Origin: Candidatus Woesearchaeota archaeon
GTDB taxonomy: Archaea; Nanobdellota; Nanobdellia; Woesearchaeales; JAHWHD01
Direction of reading: 5' to 3'
DNA: 64,000 nt
Assembly (NCBI GenBank): GCA_019323515.1
Contig: JAHWHG010000004.1
Location: 1,859 to 65,858 of the forward strand
Numbering within the stretch: the first letter of the stretch is position 1; each line of letters starts with the position of its first letter. A program made the translations under genes and the position numbers. Of this stretch, positions 17,018 to 25,157 are shown piece by piece. The notes under the pieces were generated by a model. That model had not been told where the DNA came from and ran no database searches. It was given only the letters and a program-made list of their open reading frames with translations.

Positions 17018-17617
17018 TTATTTTTTCTTTTTAACAGCTGGTTTTTTCTCAACCTTTGCTGGCTCAGATTTTTCAGCTTTTTTATTCATATCTTCTTCAA
17101 TCCATTCAAGTTTTCCTAAAAACGGCTGACGCATTGTCAAACCGATCTTTGGGTTAGTGATGTCCTTATATGAAACTGCAATCACTCTGGCTCTGCACTT
17201 GTCACCAACCTTAAGGTTTCTTTTTGATTCCTTGCCTGTCAAGACTTTTTCCTTGCTAAAGCTTACAAAGTCGTCCATTGTCTGGGAGACATGGATCATT
17301 GCTTCAATAGGTCCTACAGACATAAAAACTCCGAACTCTGCAATGTCTTTTACTCTTCCGAGAAGGACTTCCTTAACCTCTGGTCTGAAGACAAGAAGTT
17401 CAAAGGTTGTCTCATAGTAAGCAGCTCCGTCTCCAGGTATGATAACTCCTTCGTGAATGTCATTAACCTTGTCAACATCAATAACAATACCGATGTCTTT
17501 TGAAATAAAACCTTCATAATCCTTTTTCAGTCTCTTAAGTACAGCTTCTTCCCTTGGAAGACCGAATAGTTCTGGAGGGACCCTAACATGGTCCTTTATC
17601 TCAGTTCTGTAAAACAT
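17018..17617 (-). CDS. rpoE: DNA-directed RNA polymerase subunit E' (Rpo7) with S1 domain
   Basis: MFYRTEIKDHVRVPPELFG is the N-terminal Rpo7 domain, and GRVKDIAEFGVFMSVGPIEAMIHVSQ is the S1 fold. A basic K-rich C-terminal tail is present. Confidence 0.9.
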   Translation of the reverse strand: MFYRTEIKDHVRVPPELFGLPREEAVLKRLKKDYEGFISKDIGIVIDVDKVNDIHEGVIIPGDGAAYYETTFELLVFRPEVKEVLLGRVKDIAEFGVFMSVGPIEAMIHVSQTMDDFVSFSKEKVLTGKESKRNLKVGDKCRARVIAVSYKDITNPKIGLTMRQPFLGKLEWIEEDMNKKAEKSEPAKVEKKPAVKKKK

Positions 17618-17624
17618 ATTTTGT

Positions 17625-18026
17625 TCACCCTATAAGTGTTAGATATTTTTTTTGCCTTAAAATAATCCGTTTTGCATTATTTTCCTTTAATCTGGCTTTT
17701 AAAGGCTTATCCTGGGTTGCTACAATATAATCCTGCTCTTTTATCAAGTCCAAGATAAGGTTATCTACGTCTTTATGCTTTGCTGTAGTGATTATATTTA
17801 TATCTTTTGTTTTTATAAGCTTTAAGGCGAGTTTTGCTGATTTCTTGTCAAAACCCTTTTTTGCGGTCCCTGAGACCTTCTCAAGCTCGTCAAGGGTCTT
17901 ATCAACAATGTATAGTTTATACTTAAAGTCGCAGATCTTTGCTAATTCCTCAAATATATCAACCTTAAACTGGAATGGAATAAGTAGGAAATTAGTGTCG
18001 AGTATAATTTTAGTAATCTTCTGCAT
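17625..18026 (-). CDS. PIN-domain protein (Fcf1/Utp24-like, COG1412)
   Basis: ILDTNFLLIPFQFKVDIFEEL (first acidic PIN motif) and VATQDKPLKARL. Its position upstream of rpoE'-spt4-S24e-S27ae is conserved in archaea. Confidence 0.8.
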   Translation of the reverse strand: MQKITKIILDTNFLLIPFQFKVDIFEELAKICDFKYKLYIVDKTLDELEKVSGTAKKGFDKKSAKLALKLIKTKDINIITTAKHKDVDNLILDLIKEQDYIVATQDKPLKARLKENNAKRIILRQKKYLTLIG

Positions 18027-18129
18027 TTATATATGAATTTAAGAGGGTATTTATAAAGGTTATTGATGATTTGGAGTGTATTCTGGAATATATAAAAATT
18101 TATAATTTGATTGTGGGTTTTTTGGTAGT

Positions 18130-18564
18130 ATGAGCTTAAGAAAATTAGTTTTAGGTGCTGCGCTTGTTGGGTTAAGTGGTTTGCTGGGATGCGGTGAGGT
18201 TGAAGGAGTCAGAGAGATTAATGAAAATTGTCATAAACTAAATATTTATAAATATACTATTAAAATAGGAGATAAGGAAGTAGAAGCACAATTCGGATAT
18301 AATCGAAAATATCTCTTGAAAATCGGTAAAACTGTAGTTAACTATGAAGGACCTGATTATGTTGTTAGTGTTGATGGACATCTTATATCCTCGCAGGGAG
18401 CTGTTGAAAAAGCTAGGGATATGGTCAAAATGGCATATGAAGATATATTAAAACAGCAGAAAGAGGAGTTTGAGAGAAGGGAGAGGGCTAAAAAGCAGAG
18501 ACAAAAGCAGGCATTGTACGATCTTAAACCAAACTTCAAGACTGAAAAGACTAGTTCTCCTTAA
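18130..18564 (+). CDS. hypothetical lipoprotein-like secreted protein
   Basis: Signal peptide with a lipobox-like LSGLLGCG, and a charged C-terminal tail. Confidence 0.5.
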   Translation: MSLRKLVLGAALVGLSGLLGCGEVEGVREINENCHKLNIYKYTIKIGDKEVEAQFGYNRKYLLKIGKTVVNYEGPDYVVSVDGHLISSQGAVEKARDMVKMAYEDILKQQKEEFERRERAKKQRQKQALYDLKPNFKTEKTSSP

Positions 18565-18604
18565 GAATTTAAAAAAAGTAATTAAATCTGCTTATGTATA
18601 TTAA

Positions 18605-18898
18605 CTAATAATTAATAATATACTGAAAAGAAAAAGCCAACAATAGCACGATTGTAGCAATAGTACTCATCCTTAATTGGCCTAATAAACTCGTATACCT
18701 AGAATCTTCAGGGTGAAAGTTATGGAATAATAATGCATATTTGTTTGATTTACGTTGAAACCTATCTGCAAATATATCCCCTGTTTCAAACAGATGTTTT
18801 GTTTCTGGGTGGTTCTTTCCAACATGAGACTTTAAGGAATACCAAACAGATACATTCCATATGATTGCTGCAACTGCTAAGATTATTAGTGATATCAT
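18605..18898 (-). CDS. hypothetical small membrane protein
   Basis: 97 aa with N- and C-terminal TM helices. Confidence 0.45.
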   Translation of the reverse strand: MISLIILAVAAIIWNVSVWYSLKSHVGKNHPETKHLFETGDIFADRFQRKSNKYALLFHNFHPEDSRYTSLLGQLRMSTIATIVLLLAFSFQYIINY

Positions 18899-18962
18899 AA
18901 TACCTAGATATGTAAAAAAGCTTTAAATACCTTTGGTAAGAACAGTGAAAATATTTTCGAGA

Positions 18963-19730
18963 TTATCCCTTAAACCATTTCAACATCTTAAGCGCGTCGC
19001 CTGGTGGGTCTGGTGATTCACAGACAATATAAGCTGGCTTTTTCCATTTCTTGAGCTGCTTTGCAAGAGGATTGAAGAATGATTTTGTCAATGGGATATG
19101 GTTTCTTTCACCCTTTGCTGTGAAGTTTATGCCAGAGAAGTGTGCATGCAGGTATGGAAGATGCTTGATTTTTTTGAAGATTTCAGGATAGTCAATCTTT
19201 CCATTGTTCCTTGCATAGATGTGTGCAAAATCTATGACTATTCCGCAGCCAGTCTCTTTTCTTAGACGCAGAAGTTCGTCAATATCTCCAAATTGTGAAG
19301 GTTTTCCAGTTGTCTCTGGAGATATCTGTATTTTCCAGCGCTTCTTTTTTATGTAAGATTGCATGTCTTCTATTTCTTTTTTAACTGCTTGATAGATTTC
19401 TTCAGGTTCTCTTTTTCCATAGTATGCTGGATGGAATGTAACAGCTTTTGCCTTAAGGTAATGGCCGCGTTCGCATGCAGTAAGAATGCGTTTTTTTGAT
19501 GCAGTAATCTTTTCCTTTTCAGTTGAGGTAAGGTTTATGTAATAAGGAGCATGGATTGTCAGAGCGATGTTATTCTTTTTTGCATAATCTCCTACAATCT
19601 TTGCATTATCATTTTTCATATAGACTGAATGCGTGAACGCTACTTCGCATACGCCAAGGTTATTTTGTTTAAGAAAATCAATCATGTCAAGAGGTTTAGG
19701 GCTCAGACCTGCTGGTCCGAACACTATCAT
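18963..19730 (-). CDS. AP endonuclease family 2 / xylose-isomerase-like TIM-barrel protein (endonuclease IV-like)
   Basis: TIHAPYYINLTS, VTFHPAYY, ISPETTG, VIDFAHIYA and HAHFSGI form an Endo IV-like ladder of metal ligands. Confidence 0.6.
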   Translation of the reverse strand: MIVFGPAGLSPKPLDMIDFLKQNNLGVCEVAFTHSVYMKNDNAKIVGDYAKKNNIALTIHAPYYINLTSTEKEKITASKKRILTACERGHYLKAKAVTFHPAYYGKREPEEIYQAVKKEIEDMQSYIKKKRWKIQISPETTGKPSQFGDIDELLRLRKETGCGIVIDFAHIYARNNGKIDYPEIFKKIKHLPYLHAHFSGINFTAKGERNHIPLTKSFFNPLAKQLKKWKKPAYIVCESPDPPGDALKMLKWFKG

Positions 19731-20941
19731 TTCAAGACCTCTTTATGGAGGAACTTGTTTGCAAACTTTACAACAATTGTTGATAGAAGTATGCTGTAAA
19801 GCAAGAAGATAAGTGTAAGGTCAAGTATAGGTGACATCCCTAGGATGTATTTCTCACTACCTGGTACAGTGTATGATAAGAAAGTGGCTGCAACAACTGC
19901 AACTGCAATGCCTTTCGGAGCGTTAAGTGCCATAAATACCTTTTCGCGAAGTTTGTATTCTTTTCTTATGAAGGATAATTCTATTGAGATGAACCTTAGT
20001 AAGATAAAGATAGCAAAAAGTGCAAATGATTTAAGGAAAAAGATTGCATTAAAAGGTATCTCAATTAGAAGACCTACAAATACAAAGACCAAAATCTCAA
20101 GGAAGTTTGAAAATATTAGTGAAAACTCTAGGAGATGTTCCTTTTGTTTGATATAGAATGTTCCGAATAGAATGCCTGCTACTGTCACTGCAAGAACTCC
20201 ATTGCCACCAAGATGTTCAGCAGCAATATAAGTAAGAAGACCTGCTGCAATGAGAGCAAGCGGGGATATACGTTCTTCATATTGTTTTCGCATTACCTTA
20301 AAGAACAGGAGTCCAACAAGTACACCTGCTCCGATGCCGCTTACAATCTGTAAGAAAAAAGGCCGAATCTGTTCAATGAATAGGTTGACTGTAAATTTTC
20401 CTTCTAAAGTTCGCATAAGATCTATTATGATGAATGGAATCAAGACCATTATAGGAGTGTTAACTATTGATTCAATCTCCAAAAGGTCAGCGACCTTGCT
20501 TTTACCTTCCTTGAACATGGTTACAATTGCGCTTGGAGCAGTGCCTGACATAAGTGAAGCAAAAAGTACAGAGAGAAGGATTGATTCTGGTCTGAAGATG
20601 AAATCAGTAGCGATTGTAAGAATCACAAGGTTAAGTAAAAGAAAAATCATAGTTAGCTTGAATGCCTGGATAGATAGTTCATCAAGTTCCTTTAACTTGA
20701 AACGCGAGGCACTGTCAAATACAATAACTACCAAAGCTAGCAAGCTTATGCTTGTGATAAAGTCTGTTGGAAAGTAAACAAGAGGCTTTCCTTCAAAAGT
20801 CACATTATTAAGTATTATTCCAACAAGTAAAAGGAGAAGGACATTAGGAATCTTAAGCCTTCTTGCAATTATAGAGCATAAAATGCCTAGTAATAAAACT
20901 GCTGCTAGATATGATAAGAATATTAATGAGGCAGATGCCAT
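19727..20941 (-). CDS. cation:proton antiporter (Na+/H+ exchanger family, CPA1/CPA2)
   Basis: 404 aa with about 11-12 TM helices. The segments ...FDSASRFK... and ...SLMSGTAPSAIV... are typical of Na_H_Exchanger proteins. Confidence 0.7.
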   Translation of the reverse strand: MASASLIFLSYLAAVLLLGILCSIIARRLKIPNVLLLLLVGIILNNVTFEGKPLVYFPTDFITSISLLALVVIVFDSASRFKLKELDELSIQAFKLTMIFLLLNLVILTIATDFIFRPESILLSVLFASLMSGTAPSAIVTMFKEGKSKVADLLEIESIVNTPIMVLIPFIIIDLMRTLEGKFTVNLFIEQIRPFFLQIVSGIGAGVLVGLLFFKVMRKQYEERISPLALIAAGLLTYIAAEHLGGNGVLAVTVAGILFGTFYIKQKEHLLEFSLIFSNFLEILVFVFVGLLIEIPFNAIFFLKSFALFAIFILLRFISIELSFIRKEYKLREKVFMALNAPKGIAVAVVAATFLSYTVPGSEKYILGMSPILDLTLIFLLYSILLSTIVVKFANKFLHKEVLK

Positions 20942-21085
20942 GTTTCACCTTCTTTTTTTTAAGAGATTTAATTGAAGTTTCTTTATTAATGTTTCGGTAT
21001 TTTCGACTGTAGTATTGATATTCTAAAATAGAAAAGTATATAAACATTTGAGTGTTCAATTTTAAACAAAAATTGGTGGTTTGAA

Positions 21086-21718
21086 TTGATAAAAATAGTT
21101 AAAAAATTCATCAGGAAGATTATAAATAATATTTTCAGAAGAAAGCAGCATCTTAGGTTAGGGTTATATGGGCCTCCGAATGGAGGAAAGACTACTCTTG
21201 CTAATAGGATTTGCGAGGATTGGCTTGGAGAAAAGATGGGTTCTGTTTCTAGTATAGCTCATGAGACAAGAGAGATTCAGATAAAGGAGCAGATTAATAT
21301 CAAATCCAAAGGTAAAGAGCTTAGCTTTAATCTTGTTGATACTCCAGGTATTGCAACAAAGATTGATTATGAAGAGTTTCTGAAAAAAGGTATGAAAGAG
21401 AAAAAGGCCAAGGCACGTGCAAAGGAAGCTACAAAAGGTGTTATTGACGCAATCAAATGGTTGGATAATATGGATTGTGTTATAATCGTGCTTGATGCTA
21501 CAAAGGATCCTTATTCACAGGTCAATATCACAATAATAGGTAATCTTGCTGCAAGAGATATACCAGTATTAATAGTTGCTAATAAGATTGACCTGAAAAA
21601 GGCAGACATCAAAAGGATTGAATCAGCGTTCCCTCAGTATGATGTTGTGGGAATATCTGCTAAATATGGGACAAATGTTGAAGAGTTTTATGAAGCATTG
21701 TTTGTATTAGCTGGATAA
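21086..21718 (+). CDS. small GTP-binding protein (OapA-like), TTG start
   Basis: G1 GPPNGGKTT, G3 VDTPG, G4 ANKID. The TTG start is preceded by TGGTGG (SD-like). It is the first gene of a GTPase / DUF2073-like / Zn-ribbon triad. Confidence 0.75.
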   Translation: MIKIVKKFIRKIINNIFRRKQHLRLGLYGPPNGGKTTLANRICEDWLGEKMGSVSSIAHETREIQIKEQINIKSKGKELSFNLVDTPGIATKIDYEEFLKKGMKEKKAKARAKEATKGVIDAIKWLDNMDCVIIVLDATKDPYSQVNITIIGNLAARDIPVLIVANKIDLKKADIKRIESAFPQYDVVGISAKYGTNVEEFYEALFVLAG

Positions 21719-21782
21719 AAACATTTATATTTAAATAGTAGTTTTGTTTTTGCTATAAAAAGACACAGAGGAATCAAAAAAA

Positions 21783-22184
21783 ATGGGACTTACACTTGAA
21801 ATAATACCATATTCACAGATATCTAGCTTAACTTCAGTCGGAAGGATAAGAAAGCTGCTTAATATTGCAAAGGAAGGAAAGATTGTTCTATTACAAGGCA
21901 GGCTTAGAAAAGAGGAAGAGGCAGAGCTGATAAAGACAACAATGGAAGAAATAAATAAAGAGTTCAAAGGTATTGAGTTAGCTGTGATATATCCTGATGC
22001 CTCTAAGGAAGCTGATGCATTTCGAAAGATCCAGACAAGTGTGAGGAATTTTTTGTTAGGGAATAGTGTTGGGTTCACTGTTATTGGTCCTGCTAGCATT
22101 GTAAAAAGCATTAAGAGAGATCCTAATAAAATAGAGTTGCTTACTAAGGATTCTCGAAACGGCAGGAAAAGGAGAAGAAGGTAA
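21783..22184 (+). CDS. conserved archaeal protein, DUF2073/OapB-like
   Basis: 133 aa. The assignment rests on size, position between the GTPase and the Zn-ribbon gene, and my recollection of the OapABC triad. It is not verified by search. Confidence 0.45.
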   Translation: MGLTLEIIPYSQISSLTSVGRIRKLLNIAKEGKIVLLQGRLRKEEEAELIKTTMEEINKEFKGIELAVIYPDASKEADAFRKIQTSVRNFLLGNSVGFTVIGPASIVKSIKRDPNKIELLTKDSRNGRKRRRR

Positions 22185-22583
22185 ATGCCACACCAATGCG
22201 TTAGATGTAACACATTCTATAATGATGGTGCATCTGAAATATTGAAAGGTTGCAAGTGCGGAGGCAAATTATTCTTTTTTGTTAAAAAGGAGCAGCTTGA
22301 AAAAGCTAAAGAGATAACCACTAATCTATCTAGAACTGAGAAAAAACAGATAGAGACTGATGTTTATGACTTAATCGGAGATACTATGGATAAGGATGCT
22401 CCAGTTGTTCTTGATTTAGAGTCTATCAGGATACTTAAGCCAGGAAAGTTTGAGATTGATCTTGTGCACCTGTTCCAGAAGGGACAACCGCTAGTCTATA
22501 AACTTGAAGAAGGTAAGTATATGATTGATGTTGCAAGTTCGTTTAAGAAGTTCTTTGATCATGAAGGAGAGGATGAGGATTAG
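22185..22583 (+). CDS. Zn-ribbon protein, DUF2072/OapC-like
   Basis: N-terminal ribbon CVRCNTFYNDGASEILKGCKCGG. The start abuts the stop of the upstream gene. Confidence 0.5.
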   Translation: MPHQCVRCNTFYNDGASEILKGCKCGGKLFFFVKKEQLEKAKEITTNLSRTEKKQIETDVYDLIGDTMDKDAPVVLDLESIRILKPGKFEIDLVHLFQKGQPLVYKLEEGKYMIDVASSFKKFFDHEGEDED

Positions 22584-22725
22584 TGCTGGATTATATATCT
22601 AAGATAAAACAATATATTTCTGACTTTGTTGAGGAAAACAATAAGAAGAGTGAAGATAGTTTCAGAGAGCTTGAATTGATGACTTACAAAAGAATAGAAC
22701 AAGCATGGGATGAGAAGGAATAGGG

Positions 22726-23925
22726 TTACTTGTTACTGACTATCTCAACAACATCTCTATGCTTAAGCTTATGGTCCTTGCCGACAGTCATCTTTGTCTT
22801 TACATCAATTGCTCTTATGAACTTGTCACCGAAGTCTGAATGGATAGCATAAGCAAAGTCAAGTGCTGTGGAGTTTGGCTTTAGAAGGAAGCAATCTGGA
22901 AGTACATTTCCGTCTTTATCAGATAGTTTGTTAACTCCTCCAGGGAAGATCGCTATATATCCCAGGAGTTTAAAGACAGCAGTGTCTAAAACTTCCTGGA
23001 CGCCTGTTGAACCGAACTTCTTAAGGATATTTTCCCTTACAAAGTTTAAAGCTGCAGATTGTTTTTCGTTTACCTTCTCTGGACTTTTGATCGTGAAATC
23101 AGGGTTTCCTGGGATGTATTCAATTATATTATTCTTTGCTGCTAATCTTAAGACCAGCTCTGATTCAGCTGAGCAAGGTACAAAGATGTAGTTTGGATAC
23201 ATTTCCTTTACACGCTCAAAGTTCTCTTTTGCTCCAGGAACATCTATCTTGTTGCATGCAATAACCATAGGTTTTGTTATACGCCTAAGTTCAACTGCAA
23301 GTGATTTTAAGTTTTCTTCAGTCCAGGTGTTAGGTTTTTCCTTGTTAAGGTCAAGCTTTTTTATGCAATCACCGACCATCTCTTCGTTTACTCCTAAACC
23401 CGAGAGTTGCTTTGCAAGAGCTTTATGGATTTCACTTTTTTCCTGCATTACTTGTCTTGCGAATTTTTCCCAACCTTTTTTTAGAATTCCAAGGTACCAC
23501 ATGTCAAGTTCCTCCTCAAGAAAGCTGACGTCATTAGCTGGGTCGTATTCGCCTGGCGTGCATGCTTCTCCTTTTTCATTAGTTGAACCTGAGATGTCGA
23601 CAACATGTACAAGAACATGTGCCTGCCTTAAATCGTCAAGGAATTGATTGCCCATGCCCAGTCCTTGGTGTGCTCCAGGAACAAGACCAGCCACGTCTAT
23701 CAATTGAACAGGAACAAAACGTTGATGATTTACGCAGAAACCTACCCGTGGGTTGCATTGCGTGTCAAAGTCCTTGTCAACGCATTCTACCTTGACATAG
23801 CCAACACCTGAGTTAGGTTTTATTGTTGTAAATGGATAGTTTGCTATGTCAACCTCTGCTAAAGTAGCTGCCTTGAAGAAGGTTGATTTTCCTACACTGG
23901 GTTTACCGACGACACCTATTAACAT
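22726..23925 (-). CDS. Obg-family GTPase/ATPase (YchF/DRG-like) with C-terminal TGS domain
   Basis: G1 GKPSVGKST, PFTTIKPNSG (G2), DVAGLV (G3), CNKID (G4), and a TGS-like end ...KLKHRDVVEIV. The start is placed at Met21 (23925) because a TTTATATA box lies about 30 nt upstream inside the tracked ORF (leaderless-type promoter). The tracked start at 23985 remains possible. Confidence 0.8.
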   Translation of the reverse strand: MLIGVVGKPSVGKSTFFKAATLAEVDIANYPFTTIKPNSGVGYVKVECVDKDFDTQCNPRVGFCVNHQRFVPVQLIDVAGLVPGAHQGLGMGNQFLDDLRQAHVLVHVVDISGSTNEKGEACTPGEYDPANDVSFLEEELDMWYLGILKKGWEKFARQVMQEKSEIHKALAKQLSGLGVNEEMVGDCIKKLDLNKEKPNTWTEENLKSLAVELRRITKPMVIACNKIDVPGAKENFERVKEMYPNYIFVPCSAESELVLRLAAKNNIIEYIPGNPDFTIKSPEKVNEKQSAALNFVRENILKKFGSTGVQEVLDTAVFKLLGYIAIFPGGVNKLSDKDGNVLPDCFLLKPNSTALDFAYAIHSDFGDKFIRAIDVKTKMTVGKDHKLKHRDVVEIVSNK

Positions 23926-24046
23926 ATTAGATGAGTATGAAGTGATTGTATATAAAAAGTTTGGTTGTTCAGAAGTTTTTTTCAATATTGCAAGTATATA
24001 TAATTTTATAGTTAAATTTATATATAATTGATAGTTTTAAGGAGTT

Positions 24047-24220
24047 ATGGCAGGAAATAGAAGTAAATTGCAGTATCCTAACAAAAAGCAGTTTATGATT
24101 ACTATTCCTAAGTCTCTTGTTGCTGCCAAAGGTTGGAAGCAGGGAGATGAGCTTGAGTTTGTTCTTGATTCTAAAGGTAATATCGTGATGAAGAAAGTGA
24201 AGGTGAAGAAGAATGGATAA
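24047..24220 (+). CDS. AbrB/SpoVT (MazE-like) swapped-hairpin DNA-binding protein, 57 aa
   Basis: Not in the ORF track (<60 aa). Sequence: MAGNRSKLQYPNKKQFMITIPKSLVAAKGWKQGDELEFVLDSKGNIVMKKVKVKKNG. The segment ITIPKSLV..GWKQGDELEF is the AbrB-type motif. SD AAGGAG lies at 24039-24044, and the gene overlaps the next one by 8 nt. Confidence 0.7.
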   Translation: MAGNRSKLQYPNKKQFMITIPKSLVAAKGWKQGDELEFVLDSKGNIVMKKVKVKKNG

Positions 24221-25157
24221 GAAAGCACAGATAACTATATTCATAATTATAGGGATTTTGATAGTTTTACTTGGAGTGTTTGTATATATTTTTACAAGGA
24301 CTCCTGAGGTTCAGATAGAAGCAAATGTTGATGGAGTCAGAAGTTTTGTTGAGGGATGTATTCAGAACAGGTTAGAGAGAGGGATTGATTTAGTGTCAAT
24401 GCAAGGAGGAAGCATTTATCCTGTTGATTATATTGAGACTGAAGAAGGAGTAGTAGGGTTGGCTTATGATAGTAGAGATGTGTTTGTTTCAATTGAAGAG
24501 ATTGAGGTAGAGTTAAGCGCGTTTGTTACTAGCACTTTAGGTTCGTGTATCCAGAACTTTTCGTTGTTTGAGGAGCAGGGTTTAGATATTGAAGAGGGTG
24601 AGGCGTTTGCACGTGCAAGAGTTCTTCCTCAGGTTGTGAGGGTTGATGTTGAATATCCTTTGAAGATAGTTGATGGCGGGGTTGTTGAGTTAAATGAGTT
24701 TACAGTTAGTAAAGAATCTAGGGTTGCTGAAGCGCATACTGTGATAAAAAGTATTGTTGAGAATACTAAAGAGGATTGGATTGATCTTGCGTTTTTATCT
24801 TCACTTGGAGATGTTACAGTTCTGCCAGTGAGTTCAACTGAGCAGTTGTATTCAGTTAATTATGATGATTACAGTTTTGTTGCAGGGTTTAGATTTAGTG
24901 AGAACCTTGGTCCTGTGATTGATGCTGAGGAGAGGTATCAGTTAGTAGATGGGCAGTTGTTTACTCTTGATTTAGATGTGAGCGATCCTGAAGGCGATTC
25001 ACTTGAGTGTACAGATGACACGCATCTGTTTGATATCAGTTCAGATTGTAGGATTGAGTTTACTCCAGAAGTTCCTGGTGAGTATGAAGTATTGATAACT
25101 GCTAAGGACAGTCACAGGAATTCGGTAAGTAAAACAATTGTGTTTGAGGTAGCATGA
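24213..25157 (+). CDS. secreted/pilin-like protein with class III (type IV pilin-like) signal peptide and C-terminal Ig/cadherin-like domain
   Basis: MDKKAQITIFIIIGILIVLLGVF has the KKAQ plus hydrophobic stretch pattern of archaeal prepilin signals. The C-terminus DLDVSDPEGDSLECTDD...FTPEVPGEYEVLITAKDSHRNSVSKTIVFEV is like He_PIG/cadherin Ig domains. It is ATGA-coupled to the giant ORF. Confidence 0.6.
   Translation: MDKKAQITIFIIIGILIVLLGVFVYIFTRTPEVQIEANVDGVRSFVEGCIQNRLERGIDLVSMQGGSIYPVDYIETEEGVVGLAYDSRDVFVSIEEIEVELSAFVTSTLGSCIQNFSLFEEQGLDIEEGEAFARARVLPQVVRVDVEYPLKIVDGGVVELNEFTVSKESRVAEAHTVIKSIVENTKEDWIDLAFLSSLGDVTVLPVSSTEQLYSVNYDDYSFVAGFRFSENLGPVIDAEERYQLVDGQLFTLDLDVSDPEGDSLECTDDTHLFDISSDCRIEFTPEVPGEYEVLITAKDSHRNSVSKTIVFEVA

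Noticed and set aside
22583-22723. 46-aa GTG-start ORF between the Zn-ribbon gene and the YchF-like gene
   Set aside because: The frame is open, but it has a non-ATG start, no SD and no recognisable motif. It was left unannotated and could be tested by ribosome profiling.
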